From positions 1 through 64,000 of the forward strand of contig CDRNVI010000103.1 in assembly GCA_977017575.1 (NCBI GenBank): a stretch of DNA of 64,000 nt, in the 5' to 3' direction. Numbering within the stretch: the first letter of the stretch is position 1; each line of letters opens with the position of its first letter. This DNA is from Paramoeba atlantica. Taxonomy: Eukaryota; Protista; Discosea. The translations under genes and the position numbers were made by a program. The notes under the pieces are model-generated. The model was not told where the DNA came from and searched no databases. It saw nothing but the letters and a program-made list of their open reading frames with translations. Of the stretch, positions 21,865 through 33,222 are shown one piece after another.

Positions 21865-22953
21865 ATGTCAAATTGTTCATGCTGCGACCTCAGTTGCGTC
21901 CTCACATGGCGCAACGACAGCCACATTCCTAAGGATTTCGCTTTTTTGAGGACCCACGGAATCTTGAAAGACGAAGTATGCCCTCTACACGGAAAGACCG
22001 GTACACCTCACAAGACAAATTCTCTTCTAAGCGTATGCTGGAGTCGAGTCGGAAAGGGAATTTGCCGAAAGAGGCTTTCAAAATTATGGCCGTATTGTTC
22101 AGCAAAACAAAAGAACGCATCTTCTAAGTTCCTCTTTCTAGTAAAATTTTGCCAGCGAATCGAAAACCAGGTCATTGCCTCCCAATACAGTATCAACAAA
22201 AACACTGTGGTCAAGTGGAAAAAGTAAATTTTGCAGGTGGTGGCTAGCTATGTAAAGAAACGAGAAAACTACTTTTCTGAAGTGTGCTGTTGATGAAACG
22301 TACATTTTCACACGAAAATATAATTATGGAAGAAGAGCGCGACAAAAGCCTTTCTGGATGGCAACAGTGACAGGAATCAGCAGAGATGGAAAATGAATAT
22401 ATCTACCATCTGGAAACGGATCAATAATAAGAAAAAAGAAACCTTACAGGGCACCGTAAAAAAGCATACTGTAGACAGTAAAAGAAGCTTAGTCATGACA
22501 GACTGCCTCAAAGCCTACAAAGGATTGAGTGACTACTTGAACCATAAAACCGTAAATCACAGTAGAGAAGGCCGATACCGGTTCGTTACTGAGGATGGGA
22601 TTCATGCAAATAATGCGGAAAGTTGTCATTCGGCAATAAAACGAGCAATACGCAGGCAGGGTCGACTCTCAATGTTACCCGAAGAAGCGGAAAAAACAAT
22701 TTCACTGTACACCTTGTGGTTTAAGAAACCATCCTGGCAACTCCGACGTAAAGCACTCCTGATAGCCCTGAAGGAAGCGAAAGATTTGGATTTGACAGAA
22801 GTTGAAATGTCAAGCGATGAAGAACCAGATTCTGAGTTTATTGTTGGGCAACGCAGCGCCCACAACATGGAGGTTGACGACAATGAATTCTCAAGCGGGT
22901 ATGAAAGTGAAACGATTACTCTAATTGAACGTTTGTTAGACACTTCTCTTTAA
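21865..22953 (+). pseudogene. Merlin transposase pseudogene
   Basis: Cys-rich N-terminus, DETY region, MTDCLKAYKGL...HKTVNH...GIHANNAES. Contains stops/frameshift. Confidence 0.85.
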
Positions 22954-23952
22954 AAGCTTGTGAAAGATAGGAAGGATGAGTGCATAAAGGGTGAAAGCGT
23001 AGAAGATACAAATAAGTTTATTGAACTGATGGTACAGACGCCGACTAAATACCGTTCCTAAATACTCTTTATATGATACACATTACTTGGAGCTACCTTT
23101 ATTAATGTCAAAATAGAACTAAAATAAAACAGATTTTTTGACTACAATATAAGTAGTCTGCACCCAAAAAATCAAAGAACTGTTTTCGTTTTCAAATCTA
23201 AAAATTATATTATTTTTGATATTTTTTGGGGTCATCCCAAAAAGGTCTGAAATTTCGAACCTGTCGGACCCCTCCTGCGCGTATCAGGAGGGGGGTCCCA
23301 TCCCCAGGTGGGAGTGGAATGTGTGTAAATATTGAGCAGAAGAATTTTTTCCCTACGAGTGTTTTTCTTACGTGTCTAGCCTATTGCATTACGTTTTTAA
23401 CAACGCGCTTGCGTTTTATTAGTTAATTCCTCTTTGCTATAAATTAATGATGACAACAAGATACTGGAGTCTCTGACTACATTCTGATTGAACGAACTTC
23501 TTTCCCCGACTGAACAGACTTTTTTAAACACTCATCTAAACCCCAGTACAGTTATTTTTTCCATCTTTTATTATTCCCATTTCTACCTGAAGGGTGTTCT
23601 ATTTTCCACTAATTTTTCCCTTTTTTAAAAACTATCTAAAACGTTGCACACTAAGAAATTCGGAAATTTTTGAGAACACTGGTGAGTCTCTAGTTCGCCA
23701 TTTTTCGTCGCAAAAAAATACTCACAGCGACTCACAGCGATCTACAGGTACTCAAAGTTTCTGCTATTCCATACAGAATTGCACTCAGTGTTCTAGACTT
23801 CTTGTTCAAAAGTTATTTGCTGTAAAAATAGAATTTACCTTCTCTAAATCTTTTTCTAGAAGATTTTCTTATTTATAAGTAATGTCGGTGTGCTAGCAGC
23901 TTCGTTAAAAAGCGGTGGTTGTTGGTAAACGGGCTACGCAAATTGCTTTCCA

Positions 23953-25028
23953 CTAACGACGCCGTGTATGGCCCGCTCGCGCGGGCCCTCGCCATACCTC
24001 TCCCCTTCGGCTTCGCAAATTGTTTCCCACTAACAGAAACGTTTCATTAGTGACCGTCTCATTCTCCGCAAACTCATGAAAGCAGTGAACCTTGGTAACC
24101 CCCCATTCAAGGCTCACCGCCATCCAAATATGAACCCCCTTTCCTCCGAAATATTTCTCAACATCTTTTGGTACCTCAAGGGGTTCATCTGACCTTTTGC
24201 AAATGTACCAAATATTGCGTGAGTGGTACCCGCATTTAAAAATCTTTTCATCCGTCCACAGAATACGGGCGTATTGAAAAGGGGTGAACCTCTCCAAACG
24301 ATTTGCCAACTCCAGGCGGTCGAATTTGTGATGAGGCGTGAGATGAGGAACTTTCCTCATTTTTCTGCTTATGTACCCGCTCCTTTTCAGTGATCTTTTC
24401 ACAGACGAAAGAGAGCATGGGTACTTGGTTTGATCGATCTGGCGGTGAACCCACCTCCAAGATGGACAGCCAATGGGACTACGTTGATTTTCTTCATCTA
24501 CAATAGATTCTAAGATTATTCGAAACTCTTCATTATCACTCGCATTCTTACGTATGTATTTTATACGTTCTAACCCTCCTGTCTCCCGGTGGCGTTTAAC
24601 CCATCGAGAGACAGTTGCTTCACTGCATTTCATAAGAGCAGCAGTGTCTGTAATCGAACGTCCCTGGTTTTGTACCTCATGGACGCAAATTACACGTGTT
24701 TCATAAGTGATTTGTTGCGTCGAGAGGGTGCGCCTCTGGCGGAGAAGTGTTTTCGGCATAAAAGATGTGTTAGAAAGAGTTAACTGGTATTTTATTCATA
24801 GATTAATGGGCTAAAATGATAAAAAATGATAAAAATCCGATTTTTTGCAGAATTTTCAGGTAAAAAATTCAGTAAAATTTTATCATGACGTCATATCATC
24901 TTCAGGGGCGGCAACAATGGTGCCAGTAGTCTTAAAATTTCGAGATCTGTTGAATGCCGAAGGAATTAGGTCAAAAGCTCGCACAGTACAAATTTTAGAC
25001 CCCCCACCTTTTTCGTGACCCCCCTGTA
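23953..25028 (-). mobile_element. Truncated Tc1 element, family A
   Basis: HTH plus ILWTDEKIF...GGKGVHIWMAVS, homologous to the element at 1-1670. C-terminus lost. TIR end CCCCTG-TA at 25021-28. Confidence 0.85.
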
Positions 25029-25030
25029 TA

Positions 25031-25390
25031 CTGTACCCCCCCTACTTGTTTGTCACTACTTTTCGCGAAAAGGTGACAGATAACTAGGCGGACCAGTGTG
25101 CGACAGATAACTAGGGAGGGGGTCTGTCACAAAAAAAAGGCAGAGCATGGAATTACAGAAACGGTTTTATAATAGCATACGCACGACCATTCGCTTGAAA
25201 CACAAAAAAGAAAAATATAAGTTTCATTTTATGATTTTTTTTGTCAAAATGTATTTTACCTATTTTTAAAAAGTGACAGATAACTAGGGGGGGTAGTCGA
25301 CGAAAAAAAATTTAGAAGTGCCAAAAAGTGACAGATAAGTAAGGGGGGGGGGGGGGGGTGACGTGTGACAGATAACTAGGGGGGGTACAG
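25031..25390. mobile_element. MITE with internal GTGACAGATAACTAGG repeats
   Basis: TIR CTGTACCCCCCCTACTTGTTTGTCAC / GTGACAGATAACTAGGGGGGGTACAG, TA flanks, ~5 internal copies of the motif. Confidence 0.85.
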
Positions 25391-26604
25391 TAATTACAAT
25401 CATTTATGCAACTCCCAGTAGTCGGTTTACTTTCCCCTAAGCCATTAAGCATGACCAATCTTTTGAAATGCCTCTTCCAGTCTTTCGTGGTTTTCCGACG
25501 AAAAAAAATACTCACAGCTACTCACAGCGAATCACAGCAGCCCACAGTGATTCACAGAAACCCGCACATATCTACAGATACTAACTACAGACTCACCACT
25601 GTACAACTAGTCCCATGTGCAAGTCAGAGCACAGATGCACAAGGATGATTGAGCACGACGATGATCAGTCTTCATACCATGTGCGTTTAAGTCTAGAACG
25701 ATGTACACGTCTGAGCTCGTTGTACTGTAGCGTGAGATCCCGGCCGATATTCAAATTCACGTGCAGAGTCGTCGTACAACTGCTGTATACTGCGTGTAGT
25801 TAACTGGTGAACTTCTGGAGTAATCAAACCGCGCGGATGAGAATCCAGGAATACTTTTCACGCCCCTTTAGGACGACGGCGAAAACGACTTGTTTGCATT
25901 CAGCAGTGTGATTCTGGCATGTGATCATGATATGATTATGTGTGGAATTTATGCTTTAATGACACTGCTTTATTGGCCCAAGTGCTGCGTGTATGTTCTC
26001 CATGTTCAGGAAGACGGGGAAAGGAACTTTCGCCCAATTTTGGTATTGATTAGTACACTGATTCTGATTATTCTTTTTGTATGTTATTTTAGAGTACGAC
26101 AGGCGCGTACCCTACTTGGTGGTTGCTCTGCTTTCGGGCCTCCTTTGAACCGTGGCCATGTTGCCCGCAAAGATTGAGCATAAGCTTCTCTAGAGATTCC
26201 GCCGACACAAATGCTCCTTCGTGTGCCAGTCGATGACAGAGTAGCGCTCCACCACGCCGTCAAGACAAAGACAACACTGTCAGATAAGTGCCGCCGTCTT
26301 GAAGATTGTGTACTGGAGTTGAGGGAGATTCATCAACAGCTTTGCATAATACACTGCCTCCGGCTTCTCCCCTATAGCCAGTCGAACTTTGTTTTTGATA
26401 CCTGGGGTCATCCAGGGTTCGATGGTTAATCCCCCCTGCGAGAGGCACTCGTGCAGCTGACAGCCGCAGTGAGGGTCTTCACGCGTGCCGATTACCTCAG
26501 CGAAAGCTTTTTTCATATCTTGTCTATGACGTTCCTGTCGGTCTTCTTTGCCGCTGTTCAGGATCGCAGCTACTTTCTCTGGGCGATACTGCTCGCATTC
26601 GGAT

Positions 26605-26652
26605 AGGCTATCGTCCTATAAGGCTATCGTCCTATAAGGCTATCGTCCTGTA
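26605..26652. repeat. 16-bp tandem repeat x3 (AGGCTATCGTCCTATA)
   Basis: Direct reading. Confidence 0.9.
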
Positions 26653-26830
26653 AGTCCGACAGCAGAGTGAGGCCCATGCGCTTCATGGAACAACGTTCCA
26701 CAAAAGAGAGAATTGTGTGTAGTCTGTAGTTATTTTTGCAGTTCTGGACCCTGGGATAACTTCCGGAAGGGTGTCTACCATAATTGCAAAGACAGAGTAG
26801 ATTACACTACTAAGTAGTGTTAAAAGTACT

Positions 26831-26894
26831 TACAGCTCAAGTAAGTCCTACAGCTCAAGTACTTACAGCTCAAGTAAGTACTACAGCTCAAGTA
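26831..26894. repeat. TACAGCTCAAGTA x4
   Basis: Direct reading. Confidence 0.9.
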
Positions 26895-26987
26895 AAAACT
26901 GGTACTCCTCCGGCATAGAGTAGAAAGAACCCGTACTCTGGGCGGGAGGTAAGAACGATTCTTTCTCTGAGGACGCCAACTAGACTC

Positions 26988-27177
26988 ACTTCCCGCTGGT
27001 AAACGCAGTCAACTCTAGCCCTGCAAGGTACAGGCCTAGGTCAAACGCATCCCCCTCCCCCGTTTTTGAGCGAAACAATAAACAAGCCATAACCCCATCA
27101 GCTTTCCACGTGCGGGGGTATGTGGCCCCGGGACCATTTAACAGGGTTGGAGTTCGCTGCGTACACCAGCGGGAAGT
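26988..27177. repeat. ~36-bp imperfect inverted repeat
   Basis: ACTTCCCGCTGGTAAACGCAGTCAACTCTAGCCCTG vs CAGGGTTGGAGTTCGCTGCGTACACCAGCGGGAAGT. Confidence 0.75.
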
Positions 27178-27693
27178 ACATGGATATGGGGCGTAGAGCA
27201 GTCAATCGTAAATAGAATTAGCAGTGACACCAGTTACTCTCCAAAAAAAAGGAATTCGTGTAAGCTTTTACGCTGCAGGTTCTGAAATATTTTGAGAAGC
27301 AATCAAACAATGAAAAAGAAGTTGACGTGTTTCCTCCCGAGAAAGTTTAATCGTTTCTCTGCGTGCTGAGGGTCAAACAACTCCGAGATTTGTAGTGTAG
27401 ATCGGCTCTATTGAAAGAAACTTTATGTTTCGGTTGCTTTCTCTAGGGTCTCGACAAGGCTTTTTAGTGGAGTAGATTTTTGAATTGATTAATTTAGATT
27501 CTTTCTCGGTAAATCAATTTGTAGAGACTAAGAGTTTACTGGAGCGGTACCTATAAATTTACAATGACCGCAATATCTTTTTTTGTCACAATAACATTTC
27601 GCTCATTTGTTGATTTTATAAGGAAGCATTTGGAAATTTAATGAGCAGTTTTTCTTCGTGCACTTCTTGAATTATCGAACGTTTGTTTTGACT

Positions 27694-28395
27694 ATGAATC
27701 GCTCTTGCATTTCTCGTCCTGGAAAGACACGCGGAGTAGGAATGCCACAAGAGTATGAACTCGCACAGTTTACGCGCAGCATGCTTAATCTACACAACTC
27801 ATGGAATACAAGCACAACGGCTTGTAATTGGAGTGGAGTAAAATGTGACAAAGACGAGCGTATTATCAAACTTAAGTGGTATGAACGTCGCATTTCTGGG
27901 AAGGCATGCTGGGAATATTTGCCGTCGCATTTAAAGGATGTAGATGTCTCCTCCAACCAACTAGAAGGGTCACTTGATCTGACTTGTCTCCCTTCGGGAC
28001 TAGAACGATTTGATGTAAGTAAAAACGGACTTTCTGGATCTGTTACTCTTCATGCTCTGCCCCCTCAGTTACAAGTGATCGATCTCTCGGACAATCGCTT
28101 TTCTTCTGATATTGATCTCACTAATCTTCCACCCGAGCTATATTTCTTTGGTATTTCGAATAACAGGTGCACTGGATCATTAAATTTCGATGGCATTCCA
28201 GAAAAACTTATTGTTTTATATTTGGATGGAAACGACTTCGACACAGAAATCGATTTTTCGCGATTTCCTACTACTCTCAAAAGCCTATATATACAGAATA
28301 ATCCTAAGGTTAGGGGTTCCGTTTCAGAAAGCGTGATATCATCTTTTAAACGATATGACTGGAAAGGAACTGGAATTGAAAAAGTAACTTATTAA
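27694..28395 (+). CDS. LRR family protein
   Basis: TRGVGMPQEYEL...ACNWSGVKC cap plus LRRs. Confidence 0.9.
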   Translation: MNRSCISRPGKTRGVGMPQEYELAQFTRSMLNLHNSWNTSTTACNWSGVKCDKDERIIKLKWYERRISGKACWEYLPSHLKDVDVSSNQLEGSLDLTCLPSGLERFDVSKNGLSGSVTLHALPPQLQVIDLSDNRFSSDIDLTNLPPELYFFGISNNRCTGSLNFDGIPEKLIVLYLDGNDFDTEIDFSRFPTTLKSLYIQNNPKVRGSVSESVISSFKRYDWKGTGIEKVTY

Positions 28396-28661
28396 CCCAT
28401 ATAAAATGGTACTAATAACTTATTAGTAATAAGTTTTCTCTGTAGGAAATTTTTAGATGGGCTACCGGCAGCATAATTTTACAGCATTTATATTGCTCGG
28501 AAAAAGGAATGAAAAAATCCTTTTCTAGCAAAATGTTTTTTTAAAAATGTTGTTACATAAAGATGGGCGACATACAGCAAAAGGGGAATAATCTCTCTTT
28601 TTTCCATGCAACGTGATAGCTCACAAAACGCTTTGCACAATTCCCCATACGTGCCTGCATC

Positions 28662-28830
28662 CTATGCAGGCCAGTGGAGAACGGAAATACCTGCATCACG
28701 GAACGTGGCAAGCGTCTTGTTATGGGCCTGGCAGTTGTCGGTGGCACTCGTGGCCGCTGGTTGTCGCTTTAGATATTGAAGAAAGCCCCGTGGCTTACGG
28801 CAGAAACGGAAATTAAGGAAATTTAAAAAT
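28662..28830 (-). pseudogene. Degenerate Tc1 family A relic
   Basis: RKPRGFLQYLK...TDNCQAHNKTLATFRDAGISVLHWPA aligns with QKPNGFLAYLK...MDNATTHN...FLSWPP of the first element. Confidence 0.75.
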
Positions 28831-29550
28831 AACAAAACTTTAATTAGCCTCATAATAGGCTAATTAAATTAATTAAAACGACGAGAAGAAGTGACGAGCT
28901 GTATTTTTCCGAACCATAATCGCATTGTCTAGTTGTCGGTGCAACTCATATGCATTGTGATCAGTGCTGCGATGACCCCGTATGTATTCACCAAACCAAT
29001 CTTCTTCATGAGATGGGTGTGGGAACCACAAGGTCGGTCATTCGGAACAGGACCCGCGGCAGGAATTTGGCTACTTCCCATTCCTGGTGTGGGGACAGAA
29101 AAAGGTTTCCTCGACGTGCCCGATCGGTGTCTTTGTTTGAAATTTACTCATATGGTGGAAGAAACACAAAAAAAGAGAAGCTTTCGGAAACCTGAACATT
29201 CGAAATTCAAGAGGAAAAGTACGAAGTGCAATGCAACGTGCAAACAAAACTCAATTTTTTTATTTTAAATTAAGTGCATTGCATTATTGAGAGCATTGTA
29301 TTATTTTTGACAAGTCTTATTCCTTCAATGGAGAATTATCATCCCGCTAATTTAAAATTAAATCTTCATTCAAATCCGTTCAAGACACTTTCGAATTGAA
29401 ACCTTTTACTCACGATTGAGGCCAAATTTCCATCCTCATGATCATGAACGTAGTCTGTCTTTTCATACGGCGATTATTCGATCCTTTTTTGTTACTTACG
29501 TAGTGTTTTTCACATGCAAATCCCATTCCTCCGCGGCAAGCATTGTCCCG

Positions 29551-30538
29551 ATGCCCTCCTTACGTCCTCACAACGTATTCTCCAGCGCTTTCTCCCCCAC
29601 ACCACCTTTGCTCCCATTCTCCCCTACCCCTCTCTCCAACCCACCCCATCCCGCGACATTTCCCATTTCGTCGGCGCAGGCTTCACCACCGAGGACAACC
29701 TCCTCCCCCCTGAGCCTCCAAAAATACGACCCCAAACGACCACCCCCCCGTCCCCGAAACCCCCAGCCCCTCCCCTTTCTCCCTCCCCGTTTTCCACACC
29801 GCCCACACCTCCCCCCCCCTCTCCCTTCTCCCCCCCCTCTACCCCGACCTCTCCCCCCTCTCCCTGCTCCGCAGTCTCACCCCCGACCCCTTCCCCCGAT
29901 GTCACCTCCGCTACAAGGACCGCCTCGACCTGTTCCCCCCCCAGGGCGTCGACACCGCTGCCGTGGAGAACCACCTGATTTCATGTTTCAACCAAACTTG
30001 TAACCTTCTTTCTATTATAATAAAAAAACAAGAGTTAAAAAAAATAACAATGGTAAGAAATGAAATGACCCGATCCCGCGGGCTCAATGCGTTGTTTGTC
30101 GCAACGGTGCAGAAACACGTGAGGGGGGAGTGCCCCGCGGTGGGGGTGGAGCTGGGGAGCCCGACGGAGGTGAACAACACGCTGGTGATGTTCCCCGAGA
30201 GGCTGGGGTTGGTGGTGCTGAACGATGTGGGGCGCTCAGCGGTGACGGAGAGACTGGTGGGGGGGCTTGCGGGGGGCGTGGGGTCGGGGTTTACGACGTT
30301 TTACGGGGAGAGGACGGGGGTGGAGGCGTATGTGGCGTCCACGAATGAGGAGGCGAACCCGGTGGGGCTGCTGCTGGCGGTGGGCCGGTATTGGGAGAAG
30401 ACGGGGCATGAGAAAGAGGCCCGGGAGTTGGTCGCTCAGCTTCGGGAACGACTGGGTACGAAAGCGACACGACCGAAAGGTTGGGGTGGGGATGTAGACA
30501 TCGGTGCGTTTAATTCACAGATGTGTGTGCGGCATTAG
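29551..30538 (+). CDS. Hypothetical protein with apparent frameshift(s) in C-tracts
   Basis: Frame of the 29963 ORF is open from 29714 to 30538 with host-like C-then-G codon bias. No in-frame upstream ATG, so the start is uncertain. Confidence 0.5.
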
Positions 30539-30921
30539 AAAAGGAGCGCACGAATTTTGAAATTTTGATGCCATAAACGAGGAAATGGGTTAGAAAGCTA
30601 CAAATAGATATGCTATAGAGGTATGACCTTTGTTGAACACGGTGAACCAAGATATTATTTGTCTCTGAACCTCCTCTTTTTGTTGTACACCTATTTTCAT
30701 GAGTTTAAAATAGAAGGCTTAAAATCATACAAATTGGAAAGAAATTTACTTGTATAAAATAACGGTAACCTTTAGTCAAAAACTTATAAAGTTGAGACCT
30801 GCATTTTTTCGCTTGCAAAACTTCGAGCAATAACGCAATTCATCCCAGCTTGAAAACTCAAATTTCTTTCCCCTTTCCTTTTATTATTTTTTCCTCTTTT
30901 TATTCTACTCCTCCTTATCCC

Positions 30922-31449
30922 ATGCCTCGACGCCCCACTACCACCGACGACGAGCTCCTGGAGGGACAAATCCACGCCAACGAGGTCCCCATCCCCAATA
31001 CCCTGTTCGCGTGTTCCGGGATCCTCACCTCTCTGGTCCCGACGTATTTCTACTTCACCGGGATGGACCTTTACGCCGCGCAGCAGCCCTACGACCTCGG
31101 CTTGCTTTTAGCATTTCCTCTTCTTGCGGCCTACTTTTTGTGGCGAAGCTACCAGGTGCTTTTTCAAACCGAGTACCACAAGAAGCAGCGGCATCTCGAG
31201 GGCGGCAAGAAGAATCCAACAATAGCACAACTACGCTGGGAATCTGCCTCCCATTGGTCCATGTTTGTGGTGAATCTCGTGTTCCTGCTGCTAACGGGAG
31301 TGCTGCGAAAATATGTGTTTCAAAGCATGGAGGAGCGGTTGAGTCTCATTCTCACGTTTGCGTTATCCAGCCTAGCGGTGTATGTGCTAGCGCTAAAGAA
31401 TGAGGAGGCATATCAGCGTAGACGCGAGCTGTTTACGTCCAGTCGGTGA
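30922..31449 (+). CDS. SSR3: Translocon-associated protein gamma (TRAP-gamma)-like, 4 TM
   Basis: DDELL...LF...LVPTYFYF..MDL, ESASHWSMFVVNLVFLLL, LILTFALSS parallel SSR3 as recalled. Confidence 0.65.
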   Translation: MPRRPTTTDDELLEGQIHANEVPIPNTLFACSGILTSLVPTYFYFTGMDLYAAQQPYDLGLLLAFPLLAAYFLWRSYQVLFQTEYHKKQRHLEGGKKNPTIAQLRWESASHWSMFVVNLVFLLLTGVLRKYVFQSMEERLSLILTFALSSLAVYVLALKNEEAYQRRRELFTSSR

Positions 31450-31868
31450 GCGAATGGAAATGTTGGAGTTTTATAGGGGCAATGACAAGCAAATGCAGGA
31501 ACACGGTTCACGTTCTTTTTTGAGCAGAAAAGACCGCGCAATTTTATACCGTGAATAGTTATTAGAAATAGAAAAAATATTAATTGCTCATCTTAAAGAA
31601 ATGCATGTCTACGAACTTCCGGCAAACTTTTTCTTACTTTCGGCTTATTTTCAGGAAATTTCAATACCCATTACCGGACTCTGCAGTTTCTCCCTACAAA
31701 AACATGCATGTATACTGACAATCGAAGTATGAATCGGAAGTCACATGGTTGTAAAATACTACGCTCCCTGATAATGGAGTACTATCATTGCATGATTCCA
31801 TTCAATGTCATTTGGACACAATCACCATGTTTCGTCACATTAGGTCATTTCTTCATGTTACTATCACA

Positions 31869-32711
31869 ATGACGGCCATCTTAGATACTGCGGATAGGAT
31901 ACCTAAAGCTTCTCGGGTGCGTGGGGCATCCCTCCCGAAAGAATATGAGCTCTGTCGTGTCTTGCATAATATTTCAAATCATCATCCCTCATGGACTACA
32001 GAGACCCCCGCATGTAACTGGAAAGGTGTAACATGTGACTCCAAGATGCAAGTCAGGGAAATCAGGTGGAACGTTATGGATCTTCGAGGCACCATATCAT
32101 GGCGTCATATTCCAGTGAGTGTTAAAGTCTTGATTTTAGGTAGCTTCTTTATTTATTCAGCGAAGCCGAACGAAATTACGGGAGAACTTCCTGTTCTTGA
32201 CTTACCACCGCGTCTAAAAAGGTTCGTGTTGGATGGCAACAATATGACCGGGAACATTGACTTAGAACATCTCCCTGCGGAGTTGACTGCCTTTGAAGCG
32301 GCGAAAAATTGCTTTGAGGGAACTGTATCTTTATCATCTCTACCTCGTCGCCTACTTGTCTTGGATCTGCAACGTAATCTGCTTTCTGGGGAGCTTGATC
32401 TCTCAAACTTACCTCCAAAATTAGAAAAACTGTATTTCGCGAATAACCAGTTTAGCGGGGGCTTAATTCTTAAAAATCTGCCATTTTCTCTCGCACGACT
32501 TGATCTAGACGATAATAACCTAAGTGGAGAATTAGAGTTGGATTGTCTTCCATCTAAAATGAGGTACCTTCTACTTAAGAATAATGCTTTTGAAGGACTC
32601 GTTGACCTCCGAAATCTGTCAGAGCGTTTCGTCTCGCTGGACCTTCGGGGAAACAAGATTACCTCTGTGGAACCAACTCCCTTCCCAGGGTTCCTGAAAT
32701 GTGATCTATAA
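31869..32711 (+). CDS. LRR family protein
   Basis: RVRGASLPKEYEL...ACNWKGVTC cap. Tandem paralog of 33223. Confidence 0.9.
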   Translation: MTAILDTADRIPKASRVRGASLPKEYELCRVLHNISNHHPSWTTETPACNWKGVTCDSKMQVREIRWNVMDLRGTISWRHIPVSVKVLILGSFFIYSAKPNEITGELPVLDLPPRLKRFVLDGNNMTGNIDLEHLPAELTAFEAAKNCFEGTVSLSSLPRRLLVLDLQRNLLSGELDLSNLPPKLEKLYFANNQFSGGLILKNLPFSLARLDLDDNNLSGELELDCLPSKMRYLLLKNNAFEGLVDLRNLSERFVSLDLRGNKITSVEPTPFPGFLKCDL

Positions 32712-32724
32712 GACCATGGTCCTT

Positions 32725-33094
32725 TTGGAATGAATATTTGGTAAAGATTTTGTTTCACCTTACATTGGAGCCTGTGCTAAACCCCATTAAAGAATAAAAA
32801 CACTTTAAACAACACATTCAATTTCTTGATTCCATTTTTAAGTACTTTCGGAATGAAAGATTAGGAAATGATTGTGTTTCGCTTTACACTGGAGTCTGTG
32901 CTAAACCCCTTTAATGAATAAAAACACTTTAAACAACACATTCAATTTATTTATTCCATTTTTAAAGAACTTTTGGAATGAAAGATTTGGAAAAGATTCT
33001 GTTTCGCTTTACATTGGAGTCTGTGCTAATCCCCTTTAACGAATGAAACACTTTAAATAACACATTCAATTTCTTGATTCCATTTTTAAAGAAC
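32725..33094. repeat. 125-bp tandem repeat x3
   Basis: GGAATGAA at 32726, 32850 and 32975; TTACA(C/T)TGGAG..TGTGCTAA in each unit. Confidence 0.9.
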
Positions 33095-33222
33095 TGAAAA
33101 AGACGTCAGTTGTGGTTCCGACTTCAACGGACACGTTGCCGCGAAGCGGCGACGCTTTTTTCCCCTTATTTTTTCTTTTTTCATCAGTTTCAAATTAGCT
33201 TTAGACCGCTGTTACGATCACA

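Noticed and set aside
20240-23230. TIRs and TSD for the 21865 Merlin copy
   Set aside because: No convincing inverted termini found by eye.
23265-23300. GC hairpin as a Helitron 3' end
   Set aside because: No CTRR terminus at the expected distance and no Rep/helicase.
26725-26790. Possible Sm site (ATTTTTG) followed by a hairpin
   Set aside because: Motif too short, and no snRNA homology seen.
32725-33094. 125-bp repeats as CRISPR or mobile element
   Set aside because: Head-to-tail units without spacers, TIR or TSD.
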